From an uncultured Gemmatimonadales bacterium (lineage in GTDB: Bacteria > Gemmatimonadota > Gemmatimonadetes > Gemmatimonadales > GWC2-71-9): a stretch of DNA of 17,791 nt. Under the pieces are notes generated by a model that was not told the origin of the DNA, searched no databases, and was given only the letters and a program-made list of their open reading frames with translations. A program made the translations under genes and the position numbers. Where the stretch lies: positions 1 through 17,791 of the forward strand of contig CAWGSK010000014.1 of the NCBI GenBank assembly GCA_963825055.1, in the 5' to 3' direction. How positions within the stretch are numbered: the first letter of the stretch is position 1; the number at the start of each line of letters is the position of its first letter. Shown piece by piece: positions 15,864 through 17,791 of the stretch.

Positions 15864-15891
15864 AATCTAGGAGGCCCGACCGGGCCATCAA
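15864..15891 (-). promoter_or_regulatory. sigma70-like promoter of the CDF gene (leaderless candidate)
   Basis: TTGATG-16 nt-TAGATT, 7 nt before ATG 15856. Confidence 0.5.
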
Positions 15892-15989
15892 GGACGACCG
15901 TCACGTCCTCGCCGTCCCTAACCCGTTTGGCCGCTTGCAGTTTGCCCGCCGGCGCTGTCCGGCAGCCCCGACCGTATTACCGTTAGGGC

Positions 15990-17330
15990 ATGGACGATCC
16001 TTCAAGTACGGGGTCCATCGTTTTCGGGCTGGTCTCCGTCGTACTGCTGGTGCTCGCCAATGCCTTCTTTGTGGCCGCCGAGTTCTCGCTGGTCGGCGCG
16101 CGCCATACCCGGCTCGACGAACAGGCCCGGACGGGGGGGGCCGGCGCGCGCGCGGCGGCCCGGGCCGTCAAACACCTCGACCGCTACATCAGTTCCACCC
16201 AGCTCGGCATCACTCTCGCGTCGCTCGGCCTGGGGTGGATCGGCGAACCCGCCCTTGCGCACCTGATCGAGCGCGGCTTCGCCTGGCTGCCGGCCACGGC
16301 CGCTGCCATTGCAACCCACACCGTCGCCGCGGTTATCGCCTTCAGCATTATCACCGTACTGCACATCATCATCGGTGAGCTGGTACCCAAGGCCCTGGCC
16401 CTCCTGTTCCCGGAGAAGCTGAGCGCATGGGTCTCGCTCCCGCTGATCGGGTTCTCGTGGGTCATGGCTGTTCCGATCGCCGGGCTCAACGGGACCGCCA
16501 GCGCCCTGCTGCGCCTCTTCCGGATCAAGCCGCCCAGCGAGCACGAGCGCGTGCACTCGCCGGAGGAGATCCGCATGCTGGTGGAGCAGAGCGAGGAGAG
16601 CGGACGACTCGAGGGCGAGGACGCGCGCCTGCTGGAAGGGGTCTTCGAGTTCACCGAGAAGACCGCCGAGGACGTGATGACGCCCCGCACCCAGGTGGTG
16701 GCACTGGCCAGCGGTCTCACGGTGGCAGAGGCGGCGGACGAGGTGGCCGCCGCGAGACGGTCGCGCTATCCGGTTTACACCGAGTCGATCGACGAAATCA
16801 CCGGGGTCGTCCACACGAAGGACATTCTGATCACGCTGCGCACCAATCCGGAGGCCCGGGTCTCGACGATCGCGCGGCCCCCGCTGTTCGTGCCGGGCAC
16901 GCGCGAAGTGGAGGACGTCCTCGCCGACATGAAGCGGCTCAAGGTCCACCTGGCCATCGTACTCGACGAGTACGGCGGAACGGCGGGGCTCGTCACCATG
17001 GAGGACCTGCTGGAGGAGATCGTCGGCGAGATCTACGACGAATACGACCGGATGGATTCGGAGACGCCGGAGGACGGAGACACTGCGGAAATCGACGGGG
17101 CGATGACCATCGGGGACTTCAACAACGAGTACGACGCCGAGCTGGACGACACCAGCTACACCACCCTCGGCGGCTATCTCTTCGGATGCCTCGGCCGGCT
17201 TCCCCGCGTGGGCGACCGGGTCCGGACGGATGGACTGGTGTTCGAGATTACAGGGATGGACAACCGGCGCGTCAGGAAGGTCCGCATGATCCGGCGGGAA
17301 GACCAGGCCGCGGGCACCCCCCAGGCCTGA
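15990..17330 (+). CDS. HlyC/CorC family transporter (CNNM TM domain, CBS pair, CorC_HlyC domain)
   Basis: NAFFVAAEF, QLGIT, GELVPK, VMTPR, SRYPVY, DEYGGTAGLVTMEDLLEEIVGEIYDEYD. Confidence 0.95.
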   Translation: MDDPSSTGSIVFGLVSVVLLVLANAFFVAAEFSLVGARHTRLDEQARTGGAGARAAARAVKHLDRYISSTQLGITLASLGLGWIGEPALAHLIERGFAWLPATAAAIATHTVAAVIAFSIITVLHIIIGELVPKALALLFPEKLSAWVSLPLIGFSWVMAVPIAGLNGTASALLRLFRIKPPSEHERVHSPEEIRMLVEQSEESGRLEGEDARLLEGVFEFTEKTAEDVMTPRTQVVALASGLTVAEAADEVAAARRSRYPVYTESIDEITGVVHTKDILITLRTNPEARVSTIARPPLFVPGTREVEDVLADMKRLKVHLAIVLDEYGGTAGLVTMEDLLEEIVGEIYDEYDRMDSETPEDGDTAEIDGAMTIGDFNNEYDAELDDTSYTTLGGYLFGCLGRLPRVGDRVRTDGLVFEITGMDNRRVRKVRMIRREDQAAGTPQA

Positions 17331-17342
17331 GCGCCAGCAGGC

Positions 17343-17454
17343 AACAGCTTCACCACAAAGGACGCTAAGAACACAAGAAACAGAAAAAGACGAAACGGGA
17401 GGGCCGGTACGCGGCCCCCTTCGTGTACTTTGTGCCCTTTGTGGTAAGGTTGTT
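17343..17454. repeat. long imperfect palindrome with nonamer-periodic arms between convergent genes
   Basis: Arms 17343-17376 and 17421-17454 are 26/34 complementary; unit CACAAAGGR; inner GGGCCG-GTACG-CGGCCC hairpin. Confidence 0.8.
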
Positions 17455-17482
17455 TACGAGGCGCAAACGCGCGACGAGTGGT

Positions 17483-17791
17483 TCAGTCGTTCCGATGGGC
17501 GGCGACGGCTCGTCCCTGCGCGAGTTTCACCGCAAGTTCCAGCGCCTGCCGCATGCTCGTGGCATCGGCCACCCCCTGCCCCGCGATGTCGAACGCCGTG
17601 CCGTGGTCCGGAGACGTCCGGGGCCATGGCAGGCCCAGCGTCACGTTCACGCCCCGCCCGAACGCCGCGACCTTGATGGCGGTCATGCCGACGTCATGAT
17701 ACGGTGCCAGCACCGCGTCGAACTCCCCCCGCATGGCCCGCACGAACACCGTGTCGGCCGGCAGCGGGCCCGCCGCACCCAGCCGGGCTGC
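17483..17791 (-). CDS. pdxA: 4-hydroxythreonine-4-phosphate dehydrogenase, 3' part (5' end beyond window)
   Basis: GPLPADTVF, YHDVG, GVNVTLGLP..RTSPDHGTAFDIAG. Confidence 0.95.
   Translation of the reverse strand, partial: AARLGAAGPLPADTVFVRAMRGEFDAVLAPYHDVGMTAIKVAAFGRGVNVTLGLPWPRTSPDHGTAFDIAGQGVADATSMRQALELAVKLAQGRAVAAHRND

Noticed and set aside
15990..17330. Hemolysin toxin call
   Set aside because: CNNM-CBS-CorC architecture indicates a Mg2+/Co2+ transport family; 'hemolysin' is a legacy label.

Overview
High-GC bacterial window; Gemmatimonadota-like is my impression from gene style only. Left of a standalone tRNA-Ile(GAT) lies a stress/secretion-type gene patchwork: a TolC-family gene running off the left edge, divergent from an ArsR regulator; an orphan receiver-only response regulator; a secreted serine hydrolase coupled to OsmC; a MarR-DoxX-VOC (catDE-like) operon; an isolated Acr3 arsenite exporter; a head-to-head pair of secreted protease-like genes; and a membrane-anchored LuxR regulator divergent from a DUF2231-type His-rich membrane protein. 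Right of the tRNA are more housekeeping-like genes: a hyperacidic small ORF, typA/bipA, a CDF transporter, HlyC/CorC and the 3' part of pdxA. Best leads: an unassigned multi-stem RNA plus terminator 5' of the response regulator, the 55% D/E protein behind bipA, the TM-LuxR/DUF2231 pair, two periodic-repeat palindromic elements and several apparently leaderless promoters. No integrase, transposase, CRISPR array or rRNA was seen. All calls are by eye; no searches were run.
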